DNA of 64,000 nt from Chiloscyllium plagiosum (taxonomy: Eukaryota). The notes beneath the pieces are model-generated. The model did not search any database and had not been told where the DNA came from. It saw only the letters and a program-made list of their open reading frames with translations. The DNA is taken from the NCBI RefSeq assembly GCF_004010195.1, contig NC_057752.1, positions 15,457,031-15,521,030 of the forward strand. The letters run 5' to 3'. A program made the position numbers and the translations under genes. Shown one piece after another: positions 13,650-26,350 of this stretch. Each line of letters starts with the position of its first letter. Position 1 is the first letter of the stretch.

Positions 13650-14910
13650 AATCGGTGAGCCTGACGTCATTGGTGGGTTCATTGTTGGAGAGGATTGTGA
13701 GGGATCGGATTTACATGCATTTTGGAGATGCAACGACAGATTACTGCTAATCAACATGATTTTCTGCACGGGAAATCATTTCTAACAATGTTGATGGCGT
13801 TTTTTGAAGAGTTGACAAAAAAAGATTAATGTGGAAGATGCTGTCCATACAGCCTTCAACAAGGTGTTCGACAAGATTTCGCATACAGGCAAGTTAGTAT
13901 GCTTAAATCATAAATGGATCCAAGATTAACTGCCAAGCGACTACAAAAATTATGTTGAAGGTAAGAGACAGAGGGTGGTAGAGGACTGCCTTTTAGACTT
14001 TAGCCCTGTGACCAGTGGTATAACAGATGTGACTATTTGCCTGTTTATTATGTTTACGGATGACAGCAAAATCGGGGGTGCATTGGCCAGCAAGGTTTAC
14101 CTCAGAGCTTGATCAGATGGGCCAATGGGCCAAGGAGTGACAGATGGAGTTAAATTTAGATAAATGTGAAGTGTTGCTTTTTGGTAAGGTAAACTCGGAC
14201 ATATACAATTAATGGTGGGGCTCTGGGGAGTGTTTTTGAACAAAAAGGTTCAGGCTCATCTTTTCTTAAAAGCAGAGTCGCAGGTAGACAGTGTGGTGAA
14301 GAAGGGGTTTGGTATTCTTGCCTTTATTGGACAGTACATTGAGTATGCGAGTTGGGAGATCATGTTACGACTGGGCAGGATGTTGGTGAAGTCACATTTA
14401 GAACGTTGTGTCTAATTTGGTTCTCACTGCTATTGAAACAATTCTGTTAAGCAGGAGTTTCTGCAGAAAAGATTTACAAGGACATGGTCGGGACTGGAGG
14501 GATTGAGTTACAGGGGGAGGATGGAGAGACTTGGGCTTGTGGAGCATCAGAGGCCAAGGCATGACATTATAGAGGTTTATAAAATCAAAATGGACATGGA
14601 TAATCTAGATAACCAAGGCCTTTTTCCAAAGGTAGTGTAGTCAAAAACTGTAGGACAAAGGCTTAAGTGAGAGGAGAAAGATAGTAAAGGGACAAAAGTT
14701 TCATGCAGATTGTGGTGTGTGTGTGTTTGTGAGTGTGGAATGAGATGTCAGAAAAAGTGTTGGAGGCTGGTACAGTTGCAACATTTAAAAGGCATCTGGA
14801 TGTTCAGACCAATATGAAGGATTGAGAGGGATGTGGGCCTAATGCTGGCAAACGGGTTAAGAACAGATTGGGATATCCGGTTTATGTGGACAGGTTTTCC
14901 TGCTGTATGA
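13650..14910 (+). mobile_element. CR1 LINE RT/3' end, decayed
   Basis: Contains NYKSVSLTS, MEL-NLDKCEV and VVKKGFGILAFI, followed by a CR1 tail. Confidence 0.85.
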
Positions 14911-15184
14911 CGTTATAAGAAAGATGAGGAGCAATTCTAAAAGGGCCTTTCGAGTGGGAATTCTCTTCCTCAGAATTTTGTGGTGCCTCTCCGTTTACAT
15001 TTATTCAAACTGCGTCAGTTAAATATTTGACAGAGAAGTGACTCACGAATAATGGGATGCAGGCAAGACAGTGGGGCTGAGACCACAACCTGATCAGCCA
15101 CAATCCTAGTGCCTGGTGGAGAAGGCTGAAAGTGTCTCGCTCCCCCACCTGTCTGTGTAAGAGAGTTCATGGCATTAGTGCACA

Positions 15185-16270
15185 GAACATAGAAACGTAC
15201 AGCACAGAACAGGCCCTTTGGCCCACGATGTTGTGCTGATGTTTAATCCTAATGTAACATGTAATAATTAACCTCCGCACCCTTCAACTCACTGCTCTCC
15301 ACGTGCCTGTTCAGCAGTCGCTTTAATGTCCCTAATGACTCTGCTTCCACCACCACTGCTGGAGACGCTTTCCATGCATTCACAACTCTCTGCGTGGAGA
15401 ACCTGCCTCTGATATCTTAAAAGTATGACCCCATGTGCCCTGGGGAAAAGTACCTGGCTATTGACTCTATCTATTCCTCTCATTATATTTTATATCTCTA
15501 TCAGGTCTCTTCTCTTCCTCCTTCTCTCCAGAGAGAAAAGTCCAAACGTTTTCAAACTTTCTTCATAAGGTAAGCCCTCCAGTCCAGGCAGGATCCTGGT
15601 AAACCTTCTTTGCACTCTCTCCAAAGCCTCTGTATCTTTCCTATAGTAGGGCGACCAGAACTGGACACAGTATTCCAAGTGTGGTCTCACCATTGTCTTG
15701 TAGAGATGTTGCAAAACCTCACGGCTCTAAAACTCGATCCCCCTGTTAATGAAAGCGAAAAATCCATATGCTTTCTGAACAACATTATCCACTTGGGTGG
15801 CAGCTTTTAAGGATCTATGTACTTGCACACCCAGATCCCTTTGTTCCTACACACTGCCAAGAATGCAGTCCTTAATCCTATATCCAGCATTCGAGTTTCA
15901 CCTTCCAAAATGCATCACTTCGCACTTATCCAGGTTGAACTCTTTCTGCCGTTTCGCAGCCCAGCTCTGCATCCTGTCCATGTCGCGCTGTAGCCTGCAA
16001 CAGCCCTCGATACTACCGACGACACCTGTAACATTTGTGCCATCTGCAAATTTAATAACCCACCTCTCAACTTCCGCATCCAAGTCATTTATAAAAACGA
16101 CGAAGAGCAGAGGCCCAAGAACAGACCCCTGCGGGACCGCGCTCAACACTGACCTCCAGGCAGAATACTTTCCATCCACAACAACTGTCAGACAACCAAT
16201 TCTGAATCCAGATAGTCAAATCCCCCTGTATCCTATACTTCCTGACTTTATGAATGAGCCTACCATGGGG
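15185..16270 (-). mobile_element. CR1 LINE RT/3' end
   Basis: Contains [26 protein letters not shown] and [13 protein letters not shown]. Confidence 0.93.
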
Positions 16271-17909
16271 GTACCATTCGCTGCCCTTTATTTAAAGAGA
16301 ACACGACCTGCCTCTGCACCATGACCTATTGATAAGAACAACAGCGATGATTACAAGAGCTTAGGTAAGAGCGACTGGTTCTGCTATCAGGGCAATGTTT
16401 GACTGAGGATGACAACAAGGAGCCCGTGCAAACTTGCATTTAATGAGAATCGATCGCATACTCTCCACTGTTTGTAGTCATTCACAGTACAAGAGAAGAT
16501 GTTTATCATCTGTGGGCAACGATCATCTCAGCCGCGGGACATCACTGCAGGAGATCCTCAAGGTAGCGCCCTCAGCCCACGCATGTCCAGTTTGTCGACA
16601 GGGAATCTCTGCAGTGTGGAAGCAGGACATTCAGCCCACTGATATCACACCGATCAGAAGCGGGGATGTTCACTCATGGTTCCACAATATTCAGAACACT
16701 TCGTCATCCCTCAGCTCGTGAAGCAGTCTGTGTCCACGTGCAACGATACCTGGAGAGCATTTAAGCCTGTGCTGTCAACGCGTCGGTAACATTCACGTAA
16801 CAGCGCTGCCAGACCTTGCACATTTCCATAGAAAACGGAGGAGTTCATCCAGTATCTCAATCTGTCTTTCACAGGAATGTCGAGAAACCATTCAGCCCAT
16901 CAAATCTAATGGACAAGAAGAGGTACAGCCCATTCAGTCCCTCCTGCCTATTACACAGGAAGAGAAGGATTCTGTTCGCTCTCATACGTCACTTATACGG
17001 AATCAGAAAGAGACCATTTCACATCTGGAGTCGCAAAGGAACAGGAAGAGGTCATCCTGCTTCTCAAGTCACTAATGCAGGATCATGTAAGTGTCAGATG
17101 TTCTCCAATATCACAAACAAATGGAGCAGAGACTGCACGGATAGACTGCTCCAATTTGTTCGTCATGCCTTCATTACTCAAAGTACATATGTGTTACTTT
17201 AACATAGTTTTCTGGCAGTAGGAATGAAGCCAACTTTTTAACCACTTTCCAAGGTGTCTCCCATCTCCAAGAACGCAGACCCATGGTTTACACGGAAGTC
17301 AGAAGTTAGTGGGGAATGGCTAACTGTTTCAGAATGAAGGTTATGTGGCGGCTGACAGGATAGTAAACAATGTAGGGTCATACAGTTACTGTGCATTAAA
17401 GTGTTCAGCGATTCATTCAGAGCCTGTAGCTCTCTGTGAATCGAAATGAGGTCTCTGCACAGCCACTTAAACTATTGGGAATCGAGCATCCTATGGAAAG
17501 TTTGGAAATTCTCACCTTATCAATGGCTGCTTGAGACATCGTGAGTGTCCATCCATAACCATCAAGTTTCATCTTCTTATTCTCTCATACCGCTACAGAT
17601 TAAATACATAGTTACTGCACCCTCTCCTGATGGTAAAAACATGCCCGTGTTCAGTCTGGTGAAACTCCTTTGCACTGTCTCGGTGACATGGGGATAATTA
17701 TTTATAAAGCAGGCGCTGTCTGTACACAAAACACCAAATAGTGTCTCAACAAAACACGACCATGAATCAGATATATTTACTCTGTCAAGTTAATCATTTT
17801 GCATGAACGACCACATATAATTATATACATATATACAGTTATAATTACTTACTTCCCGTATGAATTCGGTTAGTGACTTATAACCAAGGACATCCAGGTC
17901 CCTCTCAAC

Positions 17910-18405
17910 AATTTGAAAGAGTTCAGAAAAGATTTTCCAGGATGTTGCCAGAATTTGGAGGATTTGAGCTATAGTGAGCGGTTGCATCGGCTCAGGCTGG
18001 TTTTCCTAGAGCGTCGGAGTCTGACGGGTGACTTTATGGCGGCTTATAAAATCACGAGGGGCATTGATAGGATAAGTAGACAAAGTTTCTTCGCTTGTAG
18101 TCCAGAACTAGAGGGCATAGGTTTAGGGTGAGAGGGGAAAGATATAAAAGAGAACTAAGGTCTAACTTTTTCACACAGAGGGTGGCACGTGTATGAAATG
18201 AGCTGCCAGAGGAAGTGGTGGAGGTTAGTATGATTGCAACATTAAAACGGCATCTGGATGGGGAGATGAATAGGAAGGGTTTGGAGGGATTTGAGACGGG
18301 TGCTGGCAGGTGGGACTAGATTGGATTGGAATATCTGGTCGGCGTGGATGAGTTGGACAGACGGGGTCTTTTCTGTGCTGTGTATCTCTATGACTCTATG
18401 ACTCT
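17910..18405 (+). mobile_element. CR1 LINE 3' end
   Basis: Contains LEDLSYSERL..LERRSL-GD..YKITRGIDR and a (ctatgact)n tail. Confidence 0.9.
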
Positions 18406-18449
18406 ACAGCAGCTCTTCCCATCCGCTCACCATTCAATAAGCACAAATG

Positions 18450-19200
18450 AGAATTCTTATATTTGTTGTTCACATCTGAATCATGTTTATACTTTATGAA
18501 AATTTATTGCCCCAACACTGATCCTTCTGATACCCGACAGCATTCCGTCCACAGAGGAATAAAAATATTCTTTGCATTTTTCCCATTATCCAGTTTTTAA
18601 TCCATTCGGCGTTTTCCACCCCTGCCTACCCTTGGACTCTAACATTCTCCACTCACCACCATTCATCCATCTCAAACTTATTCTGAAATTTCAAATCCTT
18701 CACTTCCACTGGATCTCAGTTGTCAATAACACAAATGTCAAAATCCACAGATTCCTCCAGGTTTGTCAAAGATGATTTCACTTTCTTGAATCCAGGCCGA
18801 CTCTCCCAAATCATATCATTATTCTCAAAGTGTCTAGCTGTCACATTCCTTTTAAAACGTTCCATTTACTTTTTCACAGTTGATGTCATGCTATTTAGTT
18901 TTCTATTTTCCTTTTCTGTCCTGTTTTAAGTATCTAGGTTTGCAACAGCTGCATTTCAGTCTGCAGGATCCTTTCCAGAATCTAACCAAATTTCATGAAT
19001 AGTCAGTAATTCTTTCACTAGATCTGTTGCCACTTCATCAATACACTAGGATGTAGCTCATCAGATGCAGCAACTCACCAACCTTCAATTCGATTAGATT
19101 TTCAAAGGCATATTCTTCATTAATTCTAATTTCCTCATTTTCACCTGTCCCCCTCTTCGCCAGTATTTCTGTAAGTTAGTTTCTATACCTTCCGCGGTAT
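18450..19200 (-). mobile_element. Old CR1-like RT remnant
   Basis: Decayed reverse-strand RT words (ILESKGRQGWKTPNGLK, RVSEGSVLGNKFS). Confidence 0.55.
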
Positions 19201-19378
19201 AGAATGCATTCCTCTCAGCTCGTGGTACAATGGAGGACTGCACTCTGGAGATCATGGATATGTCATCCACTCCTGCTTGGAAAATTTCAGAATGAATCCA
19301 GTTTCCTTCATGGTGAGCGTGAGGGCAGTCCTGTCCCTGGTGTGAGACAACAGGTTATACTGTTGGAGGGGACATACC
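19200..19378 (-). pseudogene. Decayed Ig C1-set (light-chain constant-like) exon, 5' half
   Basis: After the acceptor ttcacAG, reading across two frameshifts gives SPPTV/NLLSHTRDRTALTLTMKETGFILKFSKQEW/VDDISMISRVQSSIVPRAERNAF. This parallels the CL pattern PPTVxLL...ATLxCxxxGFxPxxxxVEWxVD....SGVxTS......NxY. The first Cys is lost. Confidence 0.5.
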
Positions 19379-21092
19379 CTGTGAACACCTCATTTTTGAA
19401 AGTCGCTGGTTTCACATTTTAAAGTTGGAAGTGGTCCGTGTTAGCCAATGTTCCTGGAAATCCCAGATAGAATAATAGTGTCCTGCCCCTATCCATGTGC
19501 TGAGTTTCTCTTCTGTGTCATCTTGGTTCCGTTTGCTTACTATGGACTCAGTCACTCTGGAAAAGCAGTGTCCAGAGTTGGTTCACCAGAGCCTCGTGTC
19601 TCCCTGCATGGATGCAGCAGCAGACAACACAAACCCGAGAAAAGCATCCAAAGAATCTCCCCTTACTCTCCAATGACAGGAGTAAATCATATCCCCACAC
19701 ATACGGTGCATCCATTCAGTTTTGAAAATGTTTCTCTTCTTAGTGGAAAAACCATTACAGCTCTGCACAGTCCCACGGTTACAGTTCCTTTCTCCAAAGA
19801 AGAAATTGACAATGTAACATTGCGTTTCTCTGTATCTCAACAACTTTTATGGCAGCACCAGTATTGTCAATGGAGTTGATCACCACACTCAGAGAAGAGA
19901 GATAGAGAGAATATAACTCAGTGTAATCAGGGATGTATCTAACTTAATGTGATTTCAGGAATACGGGAAAAAAAATGGCAAATGTTAAAATAAGCTCCTA
20001 TATTATTTCCCTTCTAGTTCATCATCATCATTCTATTTGCTTGCTTTTCATTTTTCTCACTGTTTCCCTTACTCTAGGACATTTCTCCATCCATTCAACT
20101 AACCCCTCCCCCTTCCTTACTCAGCCGTCCCTGATATAAATAATATGATTTCCCAGTTGCTTTCAGTATTGATATAGCATCATGAGACACGAAATTTTAT
20201 CCGTTTCTCTCCTAACAGAGGCTGCCATACCTGCTGAGATTCTCCAACATTTTCAGATGCTGGAGAATTTTATTTCAGATATCCTTCATCGAAATATCTT
20301 TGTTAATTTCACCTTTCATGCTGCTGTTTCACGGGATGTCAGCATCACTGGCAAGGACAGTATTTGTTGTCCATCCTAATTGCCCTTGACCTCGAGGTCA
20401 TTTGAGAAGACAACTTTAAACCAATCATTTGGTTGAGGGTCTGCAGTCACACGAAGTTTCTTTACCAAAATCTATCAGTGAAATAATAAAAGAAATCCTG
20501 ATGGTTTATGGTTCCCGTTAGGAAAATGAGGTTTCATTCCAATTTTTGTCATTCGAATTTATGTTCGGTCATCGGCTGTCATAGGATTTGAATCAATCCC
20601 TTTAAAGTCATAACTTGTGCCTCTGAATTACCCGCCCAATGGCATCATTACTGTGATATGGTGTCCCTCTCATGAAATAACTGTCGAGGCAAGAACAAGT
20701 TTGTGGTCAAAATATTTGTAACTGGAAGAGTGATCAGAAGAGAACTGGAGCCATAAATTCTGAAGTTAACAAAGGAGAAGATGACGTTTAATTCAGCATC
20801 AGCACTGAGGCAGAGATGGAGACTGGGAATATTATAGAGGTGTGGTTGGGCAGGGTTGATAACAGAGAGAATACAGAGACAAAGAACAGTTCAGGGAAAA
20901 AGGAACACACAAGGACCTGCGCAGTATTGTTTTTTCTTCGATATGTATGAGTGAAGAGTCTGAAATTGATGGAAATGAAGTGTAGTATGTGACTGAAACT
21001 GAAGGTAATAGTTTATGCATTTGTTAAATATAAATAACTGAAATAGCAATAACCTTCACCATTGTTTATAGAATTGACACAGATAGGCTTAC

Positions 21093-21345
21093 TAGGAACA
21101 CCAAGAGTAGCGAGGAAGGGATAGTAACCTGCCTGAATAATCATCAGTACGGTTTGTATCCGCAGCTCGAACCATCCCTGTCCCAAGAAAGATACCAAAG
21201 CCCATCGGATAAACTCCTATCCATTGTTGTAACAGTCCAGTCTAACATTCTCAGATTCTAAGCTGTTGTTGAAACATTCCACTCTAATGTTCTTAGATTC
21301 TGATCTACTGTTGGAACATTTCAGTCTGTTGTTCTACAATTCTCT
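21093..21345 (-). pseudogene. Orphan exon 1 of a GPR139/GPR142-like GPCR with heptad-repeat N-terminus
   Basis: ELRIQTVLMIIQAGYYPFLATLGVP is followed by a phase-1 donor A|GTAAG (21088-21092). It complements the VNLVTIVILS/VNLLANVIL exon-2 starts at 49017 and 58878. Stops and a frameshift lie upstream. Confidence 0.75.
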
Positions 21346-21546
21346 TCTTCTCCCTCTTTCTGGAGCTGCTGAGCCCAAGTGTTTTGAGGATGATTCTGCC
21401 GCTAATACTATGGGACAACAGGTTGAAGAAATACCATTATTAATAGAAGAGGAAACCCTCCAGTGACACAGTTAGTATCCATGGAGACTGACATCACTCG
21501 CAGCCACTGAACCAATAGCTCCAGTTAATCCCATTCCCTACAACCC

Positions 21547-22010
21547 TCATGTGTCACAATAGTACTTTGTCTTCATGGGATGTTGACCTCGCTGACAAAT
21601 GGGCTTAGGGCACATTTTCAATTGTAAAGTTAGAGGTGAGGGAGAGAGATGGTGCTTTCTCTTCACTAGCTCGATGATTGCACTGTTTTTTAGCACGGAA
21701 GGCATTGCTGGGTACCTGAGGCTGTCTGATCTGACCCCAGGCCAGCTGCATTCTTTCATTTTATTCGTTTGTGTTTAACTTTGACATTTATTTTCCCATC
21801 ATTTCATGGCTTAGTTGAGGTTAGGCATTTTGGAGAGGCTCCTGCAGTGCTACAGACGGTGTAGATGCAGACCATTCCTTGTGGTCCTTGCAGCCACGGC
21901 CTGATCCTGTGGAGTGATGGTCAAGCTCTCACAGAACCAGGATTCTTAGTCTTACCTTTCGCCAGTTATTGTTGGGGTCCCAGCAGGAAAACAGTAAATC
22001 TCACCTGGCT
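21547..22010 (-). pseudogene. Possible decayed leader-intron-V segment (Ig/TCR-like)
   Basis: Hydrophobic leader-like stretch, donor GTAAG (21951-21955) and acceptor ccacAG (21907). Then fragments RMVCIYT, QLAW..RQP, FTIENV and HED../YYCDT* in V-domain order, but in mixed frames. Confidence 0.35.
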
Positions 22011-22607
22011 GCTACACTCTCTCTCTGAAATTTCTCTCAGAATAGTCTTTGATGCTCTTTCGTCCTGGATTGGAGAACTGCATGCGAGGCAATCTGTTTC
22101 TGAATTTGCTTTTTGTCATGTGAATGTTCACAGGATGTTCCCACATTGGAGCATGTGCTGTTTGGTAGTTAAGTACCTATTACTGTCTTACGTTTCCCAA
22201 TGGAATTAACTTATTCCAAGTTCCTCATTCCTTATGTTGAATTTTCTCCACATGTTTGAATACATTATGGTTTGTTTAATGTTGAATATTTTGACCAAAC
22301 GAATTGTATCTGAAACACAGCACCTCACATTTGCATTTAAAATAAGAAAACGTTCGGGTCGAGACCACATTCTTCATACAGTTTCAGGGGATCTGCTCTG
22401 GTCCATAACAAGATGGACAGATATTTACGTTTTAGTTGGATAATTACTTACTGGACAATAAGTCACAGAAATACACGGTTTGACAGCGGGACGGGTCGAG
22501 TTGGGGGAGTGATAGTTATATGAGGAATCATATCAGATACTGTATTCACCTCAAAGTTCCAGCTCGGACATTTATACGTTCAGATGAGATACCTGTTCAG
22601 CACGGAG

Positions 22608-23067
22608 CACTGTGCAGATCGGGCTAGTGTACTGTTCTGTAATGGCCAGCAATCTGGAACACTTTGCAGGGATCGCCAGTCCACTTGCTATCTCTCCAAC
22701 ATGGAGAGCAGTACCGGTGCATTGATTCAGAAATCCTGACGAAACGGTCTGTCCAGCATGGACATGCAGTACGCAGCCCACACCAATGTTTTGTTCTATG
22801 CGTTCAGACAAGGTTTCTGTTCAGTATGGGGAGCTGTGTAGTGAATGGCAGTGAATTGAACTGTAAACCTGGAGCAATTACCCTCCCAGAATGTAGAGCT
22901 GTGTACACCACCCCACTGCATTGCTCAGTAACACTGAGGTAGATCAGTGCCCAGTCTGGGGAAGCTTGCAGCCCATGCTGGAAGTGACAGGATGCGCAAC
23001 TCCCATCTATTTACAGGTCCATATCTCCATTGTGTCATGACAGGGGGTCCTGTGGTTGTGAAAATCA
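22608..23067 (-). pseudogene. Possible decayed light-chain V-like sequence ending in an RSS heptamer
   Basis: Phase-1 acceptor followed by IFTTTGPPVMTQ. Later fragments LIY, GQTVSSGFLN, IPAKCS and D-AGHY..QYTSP, then a perfect CACAGTG (22608-22614) with only a poor nonamer. Confidence 0.35.
22831..22932 (-). repeat. Isolated ~1.5 monomers of the 65-bp satellite, inverted relative to the main array
   Basis: ttgaactgtaaacctggagcaattaccctcccagaatgtagagctgtgtacaccacccc is the reverse complement of the array consensus. Confidence 0.92.
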
Positions 23068-23666
23068 CTGCCAGAGAGAGAATGCGGGGGGATCAGTTTA
23101 ACTACCAACAAACAACATTATTTTGGAAAAAAGATAATTGGAGATTGAGAGACAATTTCATGCAAGGACACTGGTTTCTGAATGTTGGGAAGAAGATATT
23201 TCGACAGCATCATGCAACATGAACCAGTATTCCGAGGAATGATGGGTGAATGGGATACTGCTGTATGTTCAGATAATGCAGTTTTGGATGAGCATTTGCT
23301 CTGCAGCTCTGTAACTGTAAGTGGGCACAGCAGAATCTGAGAGTCATTGGGCTGAATCGAACAATAACTTATGTTTGTATGATTTTCATTGAAGGTGACA
23401 GAGGCATTGTCTGCACGAGGTCGTGTTAGTTTCCTGGTGCTCTGTTATCGAGCTCACCTCATTAACGACCCACCCCACACCATGGTGTACCTTACATTCA
23501 ATACCAACCCGATTCCCCCACCCATCATGGCTGGAGGTACTCATCATCCCCCGGATGCCCCTGGATATTCCGTGATCCCTGGCACTGGTGCCATCTTTAA
23601 AAGGCCAATGGGCATACCTTTGAGCTTTCTCAGTTTGGGGCTACTCTGCACAGTTTACCTCGAGCA

Positions 23667-23900
23667 TAGAAAATAAGGGACAATTACTCCACGGTTTGTC
23701 GACAAGGGCATGGAAGACCTGGTGGATGGGCTAATACAGAGGAGGGCCATTTTCTTCGCAGAGGGGCCACACCACCAAACCCACAGAGGATGGTCTGAGC
23801 TCACCACCGAGCTCAGCCCAATATCTGTGGTCTTACAAAAGGCCCAGCTATACAGGACAAGCATCAATAACCTTTCCCGCTCTGTCAGGATAAGGGTCAC
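23667..23900 (+). mobile_element. Second Harbinger-type Myb/SANT-like remnant, paralogous to 574-805
   Basis: Reads TPRFVDKGMEDLVDGLIQRRAIFFAEGPHHQTHRGWSELTTELSPISVVLQKAQLYRTSINNLSRSVR. Nucleotide similarity extends over ~215-950 vs ~23160-24000. Confidence 0.75.
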
Positions 23901-24239
23901 CATATTCTCTCTGCTCCCTCACACCCACTGCATATTTGTTACAGCACTTAATCTCGAACAAGACACATGCTCTACCACTCTCACTATTGTGTGCAGATCT
24001 CTCTTTCTCTGTCTCTGCCTCTCTGTCTCGCAAGGTGATAGAATGCTCTGGAGAATGCCTTTTATGGAATGATCCAGATAAAGTTCCAAATAACTCCCTC
24101 TTTCAGTAAAATGTCAATGACCAATGAGTAGAGATGTACGCTCTTCAAATTACAGACAATTCAATTCATCATGAGATAATTCAGTCCTTCAAACGTGCTC
24201 TCGCATTTAATAAGATGGCTGATCTGATGGTTTTCTCAG

Positions 24240-24510
24240 CTCCATTTTAAAGGAAATTTCAGTCATTCAACCTGTCACTGCGCAGACGACAGTCGGGTCC
24301 GTTACCCCAGTTTGCATCAAGTGCCCGTTCGAGGGCATTTCCCATGGTGACGGGCACTCCTAACAATATATTCCATCAGCGTTATACTTCTATGTGATGG
24401 GAAGCACATTTTGCACAGACCAATCAAAAATGTTCACTTATTTTATGGTCATGGATGTCCAATCAAAATTAGTAATTCTGGTTATTTCACTTGTCTCACT
24501 TTATTGTTTT
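24240..24510 (+). pseudogene. Possible decayed V-like exon
   Basis: After ttttctcAG it reads SILKEISVIQPVTAQTTVGSVTPVCIKC..GISHGD..*..DQSKMFTYFMVMDVQ...LYC. The conserved Trp is absent and the splice phase does not fit without an indel. Confidence 0.25.
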
Positions 24511-25389
24511 CAGCCAAAGACAACTTCTAAACACTTGCCTCGTTATAAAATACAGTTTCTAGCAGAGAACCTTTTTAATCCTCAGCTGTTATCTTGACTG
24601 TTATCTGAATTGTACCATTTTCCTTGTTATGAAAGTCTCTCTTGCCCTTTGTCTGTGACTGTTTCTGTCTGCAACAGTTATACAGTCTCCCACTCAGTTG
24701 GCTGGACGGCTCTTTCGTGATGCAGAGGGAGACCAGCAGCGCAGATTCAATTCCCTACACAGACAGAGGTTACCATGAAGGGGACATTCTCTCAACCTCA
24801 CTCCATCACCCGAAATGTAGTAACCCTCAGATTTGACCACCCTGAGTGGTCTCGCCCTAATGACAGAGCAGTCCCATGGTCCTTTGGAACTGTTGCATTT
24901 CAAGTTTTGATCTATGTTATAATTTTGTTTTGCTTTATGCTCCTGGATGTTTTGAACCAGTGTCATTTTGTATCACTGTCAGAATTTCCCCCACACTGTA
25001 CATTCCTGTTCAATAATCCTTCAGTTGTTGTTCTTTTTGAACCTTCTGTCTGTGCCTCAAAATATTCTATATCTCTGTCTCCAATGCTCTGTGTGGAAGA
25101 GAGTTACAAAGACTCATAGCACTGAGAAACCAAAAGAAAAGTCAGCTGAATGTGAGATTATTTTCTATCTCGTTACCTGAGAAACGATATAATTACATTG
25201 GAAGCAGTTCAGAGATGTTTCGCTTTACATATTCAGCGGATGAATTGCTTATATTGAAGGCTTTAAAAGGCTACTCTTGGAATGAGAGCTGATCTTATTG
25301 AAACATACAAAACCATGAGGAGAATGGATCAGGTAGATACCCACTGGGTGTTTGTATAATCCAAACTTGTTGTCATTGTCATATAAACT

Positions 25390-25700
25390 CTACAGAGTGG
25401 AAGCAGGGCATTCTGCCCATCGAATCCACACCAACCCAGCGAACAACATCCCACCCAGGCCTACCTCCCATGTAACCCTATATTTCCCATGACCCACCCA
25501 CATAACCTACACATCTCTGAGCCCTATGGGTAATTTAGCATGGCCAATCCACTCGAAGCTGCACATCTTTGGACTGTGGGAGAAAAGTGGAGAATTAGGA
25601 GGAAACCCACATAGGCACGGACAGAATAATAAAACCCCACATAGAGGTTCGCTCGAGGTTGGAATTTGAATCCAGCAGTGCTAACCACAGATCCACCATG
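25390..25700 (-). mobile_element. HE1-like SINE, decayed
   Basis: Reverse complement of the V-SINE body (gcacatctttggactgtggg...gcagtgctaaccac). Confidence 0.85.
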
Positions 25701-26146
25701 TTCCTCCATTAGTTATATTAGTTACTTGTGTCTGACTAAAGAAATCAGCCTAACTTGTTCCTATCACTGAACCTGATAGGACCTTTATCATTGGCCATAT
25801 GGTCAACCTGGTTACATTTCAAATTTGTTGCAATCAGTGGAGGAGTCGGATGAGAAAAGGAAACAGTGGCACCCTCCAACCTCAGTCAGAACAGGAATGA
25901 GGAGAAATTCACAAAATGGGAATACATTCAAGTGGAAATTCTCTTTCCTGGAAGTTTGGTATGACTCAATCTTTATATTATATGGAGGCTGGCTTCGTCT
26001 GATTTTCCATAGACAGGTGAATCAGGGATAATGGTGCATGGAGAGAAAAGTGCAGCTGGGATCACAATGAAATGAGCCACGGCATTATTGACGGGTGGAG
26101 TAGTGTCAAAGGGCCGAATGGCCCACTCGTGTTCGCCAGCCCTGTG

Positions 26147-26350
26147 TTCTGAAAATCCATTCAGACCTTCGGTCCTGCTACACAGGGGCAGATCGACGCC
26201 TTTCCAATGGTTAGTTGCAGTTTCGGAAATATACTTAGAAAATCCAGGCTGGGTCAGGAAGTCACCTCCACCCCCAATCCCTCTTTCCAGGCTTCTCCTC
26301 TCTCTGATTTCTGCTCCAGGTGGGGGTCATGTTACAGACCCAGTTTCGCT
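26147..26350 (+). pseudogene. Decayed Ig light-chain constant-like remnant
   Basis: Across frames it reads SENPFRPSVLL / QIDAFPMVSCSFGN / PGWVR / EVTST..FQAS.LS..SRWGS. This resembles the chondrichthyan CL start SExxxPSVLLLPPSxExID..ATLSC....PGFVR as I recall it. Confidence 0.4.

Noticed and set aside
16960..17100. V-domain D/E-strand-like peptide (DHFTSGVAKEQEEVILLLKSL)
   Set aside because: Isolated, with no YYC or other framework landmarks.
19740..19775. RSS-like heptamer/12/nonamer near NVTLSISSLEK
   Set aside because: The nonamer is in the wrong orientation relative to the heptamer, and the heptamer lacks the required CAC on the relevant strand.
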